DNA of 64,000 nucleotides from Promethearchaeia archaeon (GCA_029856045.1 JAHQWG010000016.1:500328-564327), one strand, 5' to 3'; counted from the first letter of the stretch, positions 39,671 to 50,095 are shown. The notes: generated by a model from the letters alone, not told the origin. Program-made: numbers and translations.

Positions 39671-40336
39671 ATGATTGTTACAACTAAAAAAGATTTTGAA
39701 GAAATTGAAGATGCACTAAAAAGCTATAACAATATTATGTTGATATATTGTGGTACATGTTCTGTTACTTCTCAATGTTCAGATGAAAAATCTGTAAATG
39801 AAATGTTGGAAAATCTCAAAAATGCAGGAAAAAACGTAGTTTATCATCAAGAGTTTAAAGAACCTTGCGATTTTAGACAGGATCTTCAAGATTGGAGGAA
39901 TGTTCCACAAGAGGCCTTAGATAAAGTTGATGCATTTCTCATTTTATCTTGTGGAGCTGGTCTTCAAGCAATGCTTGATTTGTTTGATAGAAAAAACATT
40001 GCTAAGCCAATCTTTATAGGTTTAAATACGCATGGAATTGCTGAAACCGAACGTATCGGTCGTTTTCACGTAAAATGTGCTGGTTGTGGTGATTGTTTGT
40101 TAAATTACACCGGTGGAATATGTCCAGTAACCTCTTGCGCAAAAGGTCTAATGAACGGTCCTTGTGGCGGTCAACTCGATGGCAAGTGCGAAGTAGGAAA
40201 ATACGAAAAGGATTGCGGGTGGATTTTAATATATGAGCGTTTGAAAAAAATTGGGCGTTTGGATTTATTTGGACAGCTTAGACCTGCTTTCAATTGGGCT
40301 GATAGAGGTCATCAAAAAAGTGTAGTATTTAGGTAG
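39671..40336 (+). CDS. metV: MTHFR-associated subunit MetV (copy 2)
   Basis: CAGCGDCLL...ICPVTSCAKGLMNGPCGG...CEV...CGW. Confidence 0.88.
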   Translation: MIVTTKKDFEEIEDALKSYNNIMLIYCGTCSVTSQCSDEKSVNEMLENLKNAGKNVVYHQEFKEPCDFRQDLQDWRNVPQEALDKVDAFLILSCGAGLQAMLDLFDRKNIAKPIFIGLNTHGIAETERIGRFHVKCAGCGDCLLNYTGGICPVTSCAKGLMNGPCGGQLDGKCEVGKYEKDCGWILIYERLKKIGRLDLFGQLRPAFNWADRGHQKSVVFR

Positions 40337-40350
40337 GAGGTTAGAAAAAA

Positions 40351-41283
40351 ATGGCAGAAAAAAAAGTTTATTCAAAATTGGGCGAAATGTTAGCTAAAGG
40401 AGAATTTATTTTAACTGGAGAATTGGAGCCAGAAAAAACTTGTGACCTCTCTCATACAATTCAGGAAGCTAAGGAAATGGCGCCTTATGTGGTAGCTGCA
40501 AATGTAACTGATAGTCCTTTAGGGATCGTTACAATTAATTCATTGGCAGCTTCTCATATCATCCAAAAGGAAGCAAATATTGAGGTTATTTGGCAATTAA
40601 CCGTTAGAGATGTTAACAAGCTTGGCATTGCTGGCATGATCATGGGCGGACACGCTTTGGGGTTAAGAAATATCCTCTCACTCACTGGGGATCATCCTAA
40701 CATGGGTGACATGCCTGAAAGCAAACCAGTTTTTGACCTTGATTCCGCAACATTATGCATGCTTGTGAGGGAAATGGTCGACAAGGGCACAATAAACGGT
40801 TACGAGATCGAGTCTCCTCCAAAGTTTCATGTTGGGGCTGCTGCAAACCCCAATTCGAACCCCATGGAGGCGGAAGTCTTGAAAATTGGGCGTAAGGTAG
40901 AGGCGGGATGCGAATTTATTCAAACCCAAGTTGCGTATGATCTCGAAAAAACAATAGAATTTCTTACCGCACTTAAAAAATATAACATTCCAGTGTTATT
41001 GGGCATCTTTCCAATGAAGTCGTACGCTATGGCAAAAGGTTTTGATACTTTTGTTCCTGGAGTTGATGTACCTAAGGACATTCTTGCGAAATGGAAATCC
41101 ATCAAAAATGATTATAAAACGGACAAATCCAAGCAAAAAGAAATGTATGACCAAGCTAACTATGAATTTTTCAACCCTTTCATAACAGAGCTCAAGAAAA
41201 AAGAATTATTAGGTGGCGTTCATTGTATGGCTGTTCATTATCCGCGCATATTTCCGAAATTAATAGAAGTAATTAAGGATTAA
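40351..41283 (+). CDS. metF: Methylenetetrahydrofolate reductase catalytic subunit (copy 2)
   Basis: GELEP, NVTD, TVRDVN, LTGDHP, FDLDS, QTQ; AGGAGGT RBS. Confidence 0.9.
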   Translation: MAEKKVYSKLGEMLAKGEFILTGELEPEKTCDLSHTIQEAKEMAPYVVAANVTDSPLGIVTINSLAASHIIQKEANIEVIWQLTVRDVNKLGIAGMIMGGHALGLRNILSLTGDHPNMGDMPESKPVFDLDSATLCMLVREMVDKGTINGYEIESPPKFHVGAAANPNSNPMEAEVLKIGRKVEAGCEFIQTQVAYDLEKTIEFLTALKKYNIPVLLGIFPMKSYAMAKGFDTFVPGVDVPKDILAKWKSIKNDYKTDKSKQKEMYDQANYEFFNPFITELKKKELLGGVHCMAVHYPRIFPKLIEVIKD

Positions 41284-41287
41284 ACTC

Positions 41288-41303
41288 TTTTTTTTCTTTT
41301 TTT
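41288..41303 (+). terminator. Oligo-T tract, likely archaeal intrinsic terminator
   Basis: T8-C-T7 immediately after the metF stop codon. Confidence 0.5.
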
Positions 41304-41473
41304 CCTAATCTATGAAAATTTAATGGAGATTTAAAGCTTGAAAAAAATTAAATTCTTTATTTTTAATCGATTCTTTCTCCGAAATTGAAAGTAGGTTTTA
41401 TAAACTTTACCAAATCCTCCTTTCTGAGAAAAATCATTTATTTTATATATTTTGCAATATTCACCTAAATGTA

Positions 41474-43363
41474 ATGAAAGACTTTGATTTAGATAACCTA
41501 ACTGAAACAACAAAAACCCTTTTATCTGAAGAAGATCTCCAAAAATTGGGTGCTCTTAAGAACCCAAAAATATTTAAAATTGTAAATGAATTTGTAGATT
41601 TATTAAAACCAGCGAAAGTTACAGTAATTACTGATAATCCAAAAGAAATTGAATATGTCCGCCAAGGTGCGCTTAGGGAGGGGGAAGAAGAAAAGTTGAC
41701 TATGGAAGGTCATACAATCCATTATGATGGGTATTATGACCAAGCCAGAGATGTAGGAAATACTGCTGTATTAATACGGAAAGGAACTAAATTAAGTAAA
41801 GTAATTAATACAAAAAGTAGAGAAGAAGGATTAGATGAAATATTTCAGATTATGGATGGTTTAATGAGAGGTAAGGAAGTTCTTGTTCGTTTTTTTTGTC
41901 TTGGTCCAACAAATTCTCGTTTTTCAATATGTGCTCTCCAATTAACAGATTCATTTTATGTTGCTCATTCTGAAGATCTCTTATATAGAACAGGATATGA
42001 AGAGTTTAAACGTCTTAAAGGATCTGAAGACTTTTTTTATTTTATTCACTCAGCGGGACCTTTAGAAAAAAATGTTTCAAAAAATATCGATGATAGAAGA
42101 ATCTATATTGACTTAAAAGAAAGTCGTGTTTTATCTGTAAATAATCAATATGCAGGTAATAGCATAGGTTTGAAGAAGTTAGCATTAAGACTTGGAATAT
42201 ATAAAGCAAATCATGAGGATTGGTTAACAGAGCATATGTTTATTATGGGTGTAAAACCTGAGAGGAAAAATCGCATAACTTATTTTACTGGTGCTTATCC
42301 AAGTGCATGTGGGAAAACATCTACTGCAATGATTCCCGGACAACAAATTGTTGGAGATGATATTGCTTACATTAGAGAAGATAATGAAGGATATACTCGT
42401 GCAGTCAATATAGAGTCAGGAATTTTTGGAATTATAAGAGATGTTAATGAGATTGATGATCCATTAATTTTTAAAGCCTTAAAATCACCAAGAGAATTAA
42501 TTTTTTCTAATGTGTTAATTAATGATGGAACTCCATATTGGCTTGGTGATGGTCGAAAACCGTTAAAATCGGGAACTAACCACTCTGGTGAATGGTTTGA
42601 AGGAAAGAAAGATAAAGAAGGAAATAAAATTCCTCTTGCGCATCCTAACGCTCGTTATACAATGAGAATAAAAGAGCTTGAAAATTTTGATCCCGCATTA
42701 AATGATCCAGACGGAATCAGAGTGAGCGGTATTTTATATGGGGGTAGAGATTCAGATACATCGGTACCAATTCTTGAAAGTCTTAATTGGGAGCATGGAG
42801 TATTTTATGGCGCAATTATTGAGTCTGAATCTACTTCTGCAACTCTTGGAAAGGTTGGGGTAAGAAAAGCGAGTCCGATGGCTAACTTAGATTTTATGGT
42901 TATTCCTTTAGGGTTATACCTTGAAAATCATCGAAAATTTGGAAATCGATTAACTCATTGTCCAAAAATTTTTGCCACAAATTATTTCTTAAAAAAAGAT
43001 GGTAAATATTGTAATGGAATGCTTGATAAGAAAGTTTGGGTTTTATGGGCAGAGGGTAGGTGTCATGGTGAATTTAATGCAATAAAAACACCCATAGGAT
43101 TTATTCCAAAATATGAAGATTTAAAAGAACTCTTCCGAACTGTTCTAAATCAAAAATATAAAGAAGAAGATTACAATTATCAATTCTCAATTCGCGTTTC
43201 TAAATGGTTAGAGAAATATGATCGAATGGAAAAAATGTATCAAGAAGAAATTCAAATACCTAAATTTTTCTGGAGATTATTAAAATCCCAAAAAAAGGAA
43301 ATTCTTGAAATAAAACAGAAATTTAATTTGAATATTATTCCGCCAAATTACTATTCTAATTAA
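41474..43363 (+). CDS. pckG: Phosphoenolpyruvate carboxykinase (GTP)
   Basis: YAGNSIGLKK, WLTEHM, PSACGKTSTAM, VGDDIA, HPNARY, YGGRD. Confidence 0.95.
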   Translation: MKDFDLDNLTETTKTLLSEEDLQKLGALKNPKIFKIVNEFVDLLKPAKVTVITDNPKEIEYVRQGALREGEEEKLTMEGHTIHYDGYYDQARDVGNTAVLIRKGTKLSKVINTKSREEGLDEIFQIMDGLMRGKEVLVRFFCLGPTNSRFSICALQLTDSFYVAHSEDLLYRTGYEEFKRLKGSEDFFYFIHSAGPLEKNVSKNIDDRRIYIDLKESRVLSVNNQYAGNSIGLKKLALRLGIYKANHEDWLTEHMFIMGVKPERKNRITYFTGAYPSACGKTSTAMIPGQQIVGDDIAYIREDNEGYTRAVNIESGIFGIIRDVNEIDDPLIFKALKSPRELIFSNVLINDGTPYWLGDGRKPLKSGTNHSGEWFEGKKDKEGNKIPLAHPNARYTMRIKELENFDPALNDPDGIRVSGILYGGRDSDTSVPILESLNWEHGVFYGAIIESESTSATLGKVGVRKASPMANLDFMVIPLGLYLENHRKFGNRLTHCPKIFATNYFLKKDGKYCNGMLDKKVWVLWAEGRCHGEFNAIKTPIGFIPKYEDLKELFRTVLNQKYKEEDYNYQFSIRVSKWLEKYDRMEKMYQEEIQIPKFFWRLLKSQKKEILEIKQKFNLNIIPPNYYSN

Positions 43364-43401
43364 CCTAAATTTTTAATAAAAAAGAAAAAAAATAAAAAAT
43401 T

Positions 43402-45009
43402 TTACATTCCACCAGGTGGCATACCTCCTGCTCCTGGTCCTTCCATTTTTTTAGAAGATATAATATTGTCAATCCTAAGAATTAAGATGGCTAATTCTGT
43501 TGCACCCTTGAACAATTGTGATTTTATTGCTGCAGGTTCAATTATTCCTTTTTTAAAGTTATCTCCGATTTTCCCATCTGAAATATCAATACCGATGAAC
43601 TCATTTCCCAGCTTGGCATGTGCAGCACTTAACTCGCCGATTACATTGATTTCATCCATTCCAGCATTCCTTACTAATGTTTTTGGAAGTTCCTCTATTG
43701 CATCAGCATATACTTGAATAGCAATTTGTTCTTTACCTCCTGCATTAATGGCAAAATCTCTAATCCTTTTTGCAAGTTCCATTTCAAAAGCTCCACCACC
43801 ACCAACAATTTTCTTAGTATCTAGAAGTTTAGCTAAAACCTTAATTGCACTTTTAACTGCAATTTCTGCCTCATTTATGCTATGTTCTAATCCACCGCGT
43901 AATAGTAAAGTCGCTGCTTTTGGATTTTTACATTTTGTAATAAAGCAATAATCATTTTCCCCTAATTTAGTAAATTCTACTCTCCCGGCAAATCCTAAAT
44001 CATCCTCAGTTAAATCATCAATCTTTTCCAGTTTTTTTGCCCCTGTAGCTTTGACAATTGCTTTAACATCAGATGATTTAACAGACTTAATGGCAGCAAT
44101 ACCTGCTTCACTTAAATAATCTGCGACCTTATCATCAATCGAATTCTCATTAATCACTAAATTAACTCCTAAATTGGAAAATGTCTCAGCATAACCTTTC
44201 ATAAATTCTACTTCTTGGTTAATGAATTTTTGAATATCCTCAGGTTTATAAATTTGGATTTCCGCTCCAAATTCTGTTTTCTTCACTTCTAATGACTTCT
44301 TTATAACTGCGATCTTGGCATCATTAATGATATCTGGCATACCTACGTTGATTTTTTCTTTTTGTATATAGATTCCATTGATTAATTCTGATTCTTGTAA
44401 AGATTTTCCCTTTTCCTTTACAATGCCTATATTTTCAACTTTTGTAAAAATATCTCCTTCCTCTTTAATTATTTTAACTGCACCTAGAACTATTTTAGCG
44501 AAATATTCATTCAAGCCAGTAATACTTTTTGTATTTAAGGTTGTTTTAACAATATTAATAAGTGATTTTTCATCATCTTCTGAAATATCTCGTCCAATTT
44601 CTTCAAATTCCTTTAAAGTTCTTTTTAACGCGAGATTAAAACCTTTAATTATAATCGATGGATGTACCCCTCTTTCTATTAACTCTAAAGCCCTTCTTAA
44701 TAAATCACCAGCAAATATCACAACACTTGTTGTTCCATCGCCCATCTTTTCATTTTGCACTTTTGATAAATCAACTGCCATTTTTGCTGAAGCATTTTCA
44801 ATATCTATGCTATCAAGAATAGTAAATCCATCATTCGTAATTTTAATGTCTCCCAGCGACTCCACAATCATTTTATCCATACCTTTTGGACCATATGTTG
44901 ATTTTATTGATTCAGAAACCGCCATAATAGCATTAACGTTTGCTTTTAAAGCATTTCTCTTGCCAGATTCTTCAGTTCCTTCTCTTAATATAATAATTTG
45001 TTGTCCCAT
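43402..45009 (-). CDS. Thermosome / group II chaperonin subunit
   Basis: GPKGMDKM, TNDG, GDGTTSVV, GGGAFE, LRID, Gly-Met tail. Confidence 0.95.
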   Translation of the reverse strand: MGQQIIILREGTEESGKRNALKANVNAIMAVSESIKSTYGPKGMDKMIVESLGDIKITNDGFTILDSIDIENASAKMAVDLSKVQNEKMGDGTTSVVIFAGDLLRRALELIERGVHPSIIIKGFNLALKRTLKEFEEIGRDISEDDEKSLINIVKTTLNTKSITGLNEYFAKIVLGAVKIIKEEGDIFTKVENIGIVKEKGKSLQESELINGIYIQKEKINVGMPDIINDAKIAVIKKSLEVKKTEFGAEIQIYKPEDIQKFINQEVEFMKGYAETFSNLGVNLVINENSIDDKVADYLSEAGIAAIKSVKSSDVKAIVKATGAKKLEKIDDLTEDDLGFAGRVEFTKLGENDYCFITKCKNPKAATLLLRGGLEHSINEAEIAVKSAIKVLAKLLDTKKIVGGGGAFEMELAKRIRDFAINAGGKEQIAIQVYADAIEELPKTLVRNAGMDEINVIGELSAAHAKLGNEFIGIDISDGKIGDNFKKGIIEPAAIKSQLFKGATELAILILRIDNIISSKKMEGPGAGGMPPGGM

Positions 45010-45270
45010 TTTTTTGAATTCCTCTAATAAATTATAATTTATTTCTATATATTGCTATGATATTATTTTTAATTTCTAAAATGCACCTTAAATTAAAAAT
45101 TTTTTGTCGATAAGAATTTTAGTACTTCTTATAAAAAAAGCAAACAAGTTTTTATTTTAATCTTCAACTGGTTGCTTTCTGGGTAAACTTTGAAACTTTT
45201 TACTTATAAAATGATTAAAATGAAATGAAAAAAAAAAAAAATTAATATTTTTCTTTTTTATTTTGAGATT

Positions 45271-45837
45271 TTAATCAGTTGTCCAGTCATAAGGTTTTGG
45301 ACCCATAAAAATTAATAATAATGCCGGAATAATAATTGGAAGACCGCCCCACCAATTTCCGAATATTTCAATTATTATTCCCCAAATTAACATCCATGGA
45401 ATTCTAAAATTTCCGAGTGTCAAGACATCATTTAGCAGATAATCCCAATCCTTGGCAGCACATTTACTTGAAAATCTTGGTTTTACAATGATGATAGCGA
45501 GTATTATTACAACTATTCCGCCAATTATATTCCAGATCGTAGATATGCCTAATGTAGCTCCATATGGTATAGCAGGAATTGTCCAAATTAAGCCCCATAT
45601 TCCCGAAAAGATGTAGATCAGTCCATTTATAATTACAATTACCCATGCCCATTTCCCAAGAATAGTAACAAATGATTCTATGTTTTCCCAATTGGGATTA
45701 CCTTCGCCACTTGGAGTTGGTTGGGTCTTTGCTTCCTTTTTTACAGTTTGAGAAGTTTCATATCCGCATTTTTCACATATTTTATTTTCACCCAATTCCG
45801 CTCCGCACTCGGGACAGAATTTTGGTGCTTTTGCCAT
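45271..45837 (-). CDS. Zinc-ribbon plus multi-TM membrane protein
   Basis: CPECG...CEKCG followed by about 4 hydrophobic segments. Confidence 0.8.
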   Translation of the reverse strand: MAKAPKFCPECGAELGENKICEKCGYETSQTVKKEAKTQPTPSGEGNPNWENIESFVTILGKWAWVIVIINGLIYIFSGIWGLIWTIPAIPYGATLGISTIWNIIGGIVVIILAIIIVKPRFSSKCAAKDWDYLLNDVLTLGNFRIPWMLIWGIIIEIFGNWWGGLPIIIPALLLIFMGPKPYDWTTD

Positions 45838-45967
45838 AAAATTTTCACATCTTTTTTTAAATATATTTAAATTGCTATAAATAAAAGTATATATTAAAAC
45901 TTTATAACATTCTGATATTTAAACTTGTATTGAATTGATAATCTCTTTTAAACATTATATTAAATTA

Positions 45968-46420
45968 TCATAATAGAACATTTGATGAATTTTTATACTC
46001 CTTTAGTACCATATTTGAAACTGTACGAAGAATATATTTATTTTTATTCAACTCCCGAATAAAATTTTGCACATCTTCCAAATTTTCGAATCGACAAATT
46101 AAAGCAGCACTTTGCTTTCCTGTAATATTAAAACAAGTTAAAATCTCTTTTCTATCACTTAATTCCTCAAGCACTTCAACAACATGTTTTCCATCAATTC
46201 TGAGTAAAATTAAAAAACAGAGATTATAACCTAATTTTTCATTATTTAAAATTATTGAAAAGCCATTAATTATTTCCTTTTTTTTTAATTTTGAAATCCG
46301 ATTGTGTATTGTTCCAATTGAAACTCCTACGTCATTGGCAATCTCCTTATATGGTTTCCTACCATCCTTTTGGAGTAATGAAATTATCTCATAATCCAAA
46401 TCATCGGTTTTTACTTTCAT
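45968..46420 (-). CDS. Lrp/AsnC family transcriptional regulator
   Basis: DDLDYEII.LLQKDGR.PYKEIA..VGVS.GTIHNRI. Confidence 0.92.
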   Translation of the reverse strand: MKVKTDDLDYEIISLLQKDGRKPYKEIANDVGVSIGTIHNRISKLKKKEIINGFSIILNNEKLGYNLCFLILLRIDGKHVVEVLEELSDRKEILTCFNITGKQSAALICRFENLEDVQNFIRELNKNKYILRTVSNMVLKEYKNSSNVLL

Positions 46421-46667
46421 GTGAGTGTTTTTAAAAATAATTTAATTATATTTCAAAAAATATTTGTATATATTTAATTGGTTAGATTTATTAAAATATT
46501 CTTCAATTAATTGCAATTGAATTAAAAAACTTAAAGCAAAAAGTTAAAAATATAAAAATTTTCAAAGAGAATAAAGTAGTTAAAAACAATTTTTTTATTT
46601 TTTATTATCTTCTATCAATCAATTATTCAGATTTTAAAAAACTTATAAATGAAAAGCTTGAGAAAAA

Positions 46668-47768
46668 TTGCCTGATGATTTCAGAATTGATCCATGGGGC
46701 TCATCCGTCCTTTATGATGAAGACTATGAGCGATTAATTAAAGAATTTGGTATTCAAGAAGTTAGTTTTACGGATAAGGAAAAAATGAGCGCAAATCGAT
46801 TTTTTAGGAGAAAAATAATTTTTGGACATCGTGATATGGATGAAATATTTAAAGCTATAGATAATAAAAAACATTGGGCAGTCATGTCAGGAATTAAACC
46901 TAGTGGTCCTTTTCATCTAGGAACGCTCACAACTGCATTAGAAATTATAGAATTCCAAAAAATGGGCGCCCGAGCGTATTATTGTGTAGCCGATATTGAA
47001 TCTTATGAAGATAATGGAATCCCTTATAAAGAAGCTGAGCAAGATGCCGTTGATAACATTGCAGATATCTTGGCATTAGGTTTAGATCCTGACCCAAAAA
47101 AAGCCTATATTTGGCGTCAATCTGAAGAAAGAATAGTAAAGGATGTAGCGTTTAAAGTAGGAAGATTAGTAACACAAAATATGCTAAATGCTATCTATGG
47201 AGAAAAACCTTTTGGATTATATTTAGCGGCGTTGATTCAAGTTGGTGATATTGTTTTACCACAAGTGTTAGATGGACCCCAACCTACAATTGTTCCCGTC
47301 GGAATTGATCAAGACCCTCATCTTAGACTAACCAGAGATTTAACACGACGTTATTATAAAAACTTTTTTGTGCCAGGAGCCACATATCATAAATTACTTC
47401 AAGGGCTTGATGGCTCTGAAAAAATGGCTAAGAGAAATCCGAATAGCTATTTTGATTTCAACGAATCCTTAGAATCTATTGAAAAGAAAATAAAAGGTGC
47501 GTTTACTGGTGGGCGTAAAGATAAAAAGGAGCAAGAACAATTAGGTGGTCAACCTGACATTTGTATGATCTATAAAATTGAAATGTATCATTTTGAAGAA
47601 GATGATGCAAAATTAGAAGAAATCTATAAAAAATGTGTCTCAGGCCAATTAATGTGTGGAGATCATAAGAAACAATGCGTTGAGAAGGTTTTGAAATTTA
47701 TTGAGGATCATAGGAAAAAGAAAGAAAAATTAATTGACAGAGCTAGAGAGCTTTTAAATATAGAATAA
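46668..47768 (+). CDS. trpS: Tryptophan--tRNA ligase (archaeal type, atypical signature motifs)
   Basis: IDPWG, RRKIIFGHRD, QVGDI, VPVGIDQDPH, AFTGG, G.LMCG..K. Confidence 0.88.
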   Translation: MPDDFRIDPWGSSVLYDEDYERLIKEFGIQEVSFTDKEKMSANRFFRRKIIFGHRDMDEIFKAIDNKKHWAVMSGIKPSGPFHLGTLTTALEIIEFQKMGARAYYCVADIESYEDNGIPYKEAEQDAVDNIADILALGLDPDPKKAYIWRQSEERIVKDVAFKVGRLVTQNMLNAIYGEKPFGLYLAALIQVGDIVLPQVLDGPQPTIVPVGIDQDPHLRLTRDLTRRYYKNFFVPGATYHKLLQGLDGSEKMAKRNPNSYFDFNESLESIEKKIKGAFTGGRKDKKEQEQLGGQPDICMIYKIEMYHFEEDDAKLEEIYKKCVSGQLMCGDHKKQCVEKVLKFIEDHRKKKEKLIDRARELLNIE

Positions 47769-47776
47769 AATAATAA

Positions 47777-48712
47777 CTATGTTATCTCTTTTAAAATTGC
47801 AATAGTTTCATCTTTTAAATTTACAAATTCTTTTTCAAACTTATCTTTTGAATCTTTATCAAAAAGACTTGATATGAAAAAATTCTCATTCCCCACTTCG
47901 ATTCTGTGTAAATAGGAAATAATATTCCCCTCCATATCTGTAAGTTCGTTCATTAAAGTGTTTTCCTCTTCCATTCTTTTCAATAAAAAGAGATGTTCTC
48001 TAATTTCTTCTAGAAACTCAACATACATTTCTGCACTTATCTCATCATTATAAAATTCACTTATAATTATTCCATTTTTGTCAAATAGAATTAGTGATAA
48101 ACAATTTAAAACCTCTACATATTTTTCTAATAACTCTGATAGATCAAAAAATTTCTCATCAAATAGAGAGAGTCCATATGAAACTAATTGCACTATGGAA
48201 ATTATATCATAAATGGATGTCTGTTGATATAAAATTTTAAAATTAGGAAAATCATCTGAAATCTTTTGTTTTAATTCCATAACCCAATTTATTAACTTAT
48301 CATCAATTTTTATGTCGGGATCAAATTTATGAAATGTTACAATTATAGGAACGTCCATATCATTATCTGAAAAAAATTTTAGAATCTCACCTAAATATTC
48401 TAGTGATTGGGGGATTCTGGGTTTATCCTGAATATCTATTAAATAAACCAATAAATCAGTATCCGCAAAATAAAATACTGCTTTCGCCTTATATAGCTCA
48501 CGATACTTACTCTGACCACCCATATCCCAAAATTTTACGTCATTTCCCAAAAATTTTGTGCTCTGATAATTTACTCTAATTGTTGGTTTTAATTCCGATA
48601 CTTCCTTTTCAAAATTATATTTCCTCTCTAAAGCAGTGAGAATACTCGTCTTACCCGCATTGTCCAAGCCTGAAAAAATGATTTTAACAAAATTATCTTT
48701 ACTTTCACTCAA
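47777..48712 (-). CDS. Rag/Gtr-like small GTPase with C-terminal roadblock/longin-type domain
   Basis: GLDNAGKT, PT, WDMGGQ, HKFD, TSIYD; C-terminal LILFDKNGIIISE. Confidence 0.85.
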   Translation of the reverse strand: MSESKDNFVKIIFSGLDNAGKTSILTALERKYNFEKEVSELKPTIRVNYQSTKFLGNDVKFWDMGGQSKYRELYKAKAVFYFADTDLLVYLIDIQDKPRIPQSLEYLGEILKFFSDNDMDVPIIVTFHKFDPDIKIDDKLINWVMELKQKISDDFPNFKILYQQTSIYDIISIVQLVSYGLSLFDEKFFDLSELLEKYVEVLNCLSLILFDKNGIIISEFYNDEISAEMYVEFLEEIREHLFLLKRMEEENTLMNELTDMEGNIISYLHRIEVGNENFFISSLFDKDSKDKFEKEFVNLKDETIAILKEIT

Positions 48713-48802
48713 AATATTTTACCTTTAAAAATAATATTCTAGTTTTAAATCATATATAAAAAAATTGCTTTATATTATTATCATTTTAAATAATTCTAAT
48801 CA

Positions 48803-49150
48803 TCAATCATAATCATCAATATCAAAATCCTTAACAACCTTAATCTTTTCATCAATTCCAAAAACAATCGCCGTTAACTTTTCACTCTCGGGATCTGGGT
48901 CTTCCATAACAAAATAAAACTCATTATCTCTAATATTAATGCCGATTTCCATATCCCCGCACCTTTCTGGTAATATTTTTGCAACCTCTGGAGTAGCCTT
49001 CTCTTTTAATATCTCATAAACTGCATCTTCAGTCTTGCTTTGTTCCATTCTAAGCTTTTTTACCTCAGTCATTTCGAATGACCCTAATTTCTCTCCTACT
49101 TTTATATTAAGATCTTTCCAGAAATTAAATAACTCCTCAATTTCATTCAT
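48803..49150 (-). CDS. Hypothetical acidic protein
   Basis: 115-aa ORF; no recognised motif. Confidence 0.7.
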   Translation of the reverse strand: MNEIEELFNFWKDLNIKVGEKLGSFEMTEVKKLRMEQSKTEDAVYEILKEKATPEVAKILPERCGDMEIGINIRDNEFYFVMEDPDPESEKLTAIVFGIDEKIKVVKDFDIDDYD

Positions 49151-49324
49151 AAATAATTTGTCTTTTCCATATTATTTTTAATTTTCTATTTATATCGTAA
49201 TACCCAAATAATATATCGTATTATGTGCAAGACATCCAAATATTTTGTTCTTTTATAAATAGAGTTGAGAAATGTTCTATAACTCAAAATTTAATAAGTA
49301 AAAAAAAATAAAAGGTGGTTATGG

Positions 49325-49540
49325 GTGAGTTATTCTACAAATAGCTTTTTAGAATCACTTCAATATCAAATATTTTTAATGAAAAATGTGCTCGTTAAAG
49401 ACCACTCCTATAAGAGTCAATTAGAAAAAATGAAAAAATCTGTTCAAGAAATAGGTGAAAATCTGGAATTAATCAGGCGTCGAAGTGATTTTAAGTTAGT
49501 CATGACCGAATTAGAAAAAATGATTGAAAAACTTAATTAA
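49325..49540 (+). CDS. Small hypothetical helical protein
   Basis: 71 aa, AAGGTGG upstream, poly-T after the stop. Confidence 0.55.
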   Translation: MSYSTNSFLESLQYQIFLMKNVLVKDHSYKSQLEKMKKSVQEIGENLELIRRRSDFKLVMTELEKMIEKLN

Positions 49541-49569
49541 TTTTTTTTTTCCTTTATAGAGAAAATTAG

Positions 49570-49992
49570 TTATTCCCCAATTATTGTAATGTAAATTTTT
49601 CTCTGTCGACTTTTCTCATCACACTCTATAAAAATTAGTTGCTGCCACGTTCCCAGTAGTAGTCTTCTATTGTTAATTGGAACTGTGATTGAAGTCTTTA
49701 AGAGGAAACTTCTCAAATGCCCTGCTCCGTTATGATCACCCCAAGTATTATGATGCTTATAGTTCTGATCATATGGAATAATCCTTTCTAAAAATTCTTC
49801 TATATCATGTTTAACTAATCCAGGTTCATATTCTACAGTTGAGATGGCTCCAGTAGAGCCAGCGACATGAATATTTACGATTCCATTTTCTATAGAGCTT
49901 TCTTTTACAGTTTTACTAACTTGTTCCGTAATATTAATTACATCACAATAGCTTTTTGTTCGAATTGAGAATGTTTTAGTTTGAACAGTCAT
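49570..49992 (-). CDS. yjbQ: YjbQ / UPF0047 family protein
   Basis: GSTGAIST.EYEPG, Y.H...DHNG..HLRS, LGTWQ. Confidence 0.92.
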   Translation of the reverse strand: MTVQTKTFSIRTKSYCDVINITEQVSKTVKESSIENGIVNIHVAGSTGAISTVEYEPGLVKHDIEEFLERIIPYDQNYKHHNTWGDHNGAGHLRSFLLKTSITVPINNRRLLLGTWQQLIFIECDEKSRQRKIYITIIGE

Positions 49993-50095
49993 TTAAACAT
50001 ACACCTATTGAATTTATTTATAATATTAATTTAATTAGTTTGTAATATTAATTTAATCAATAAGTATATTTAATAAAATTAATTTTGATTGGATT

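Noticed and set aside
44378-45037. 219-aa antisense ORF inside the thermosome gene
   Set aside because: Ser/Ile/Phe-rich mirror of the sense codons with no motif; a shadow ORF.
45100-45180. Half-site TTTGTCGAT and imperfect inverted repeat AAGCAAACAAGTT/AACTGGTTGCTT upstream of the thermosome
   Set aside because: No matching second arm for the hsp20 motif, different spacing from the TATA box, and too imperfect to call.
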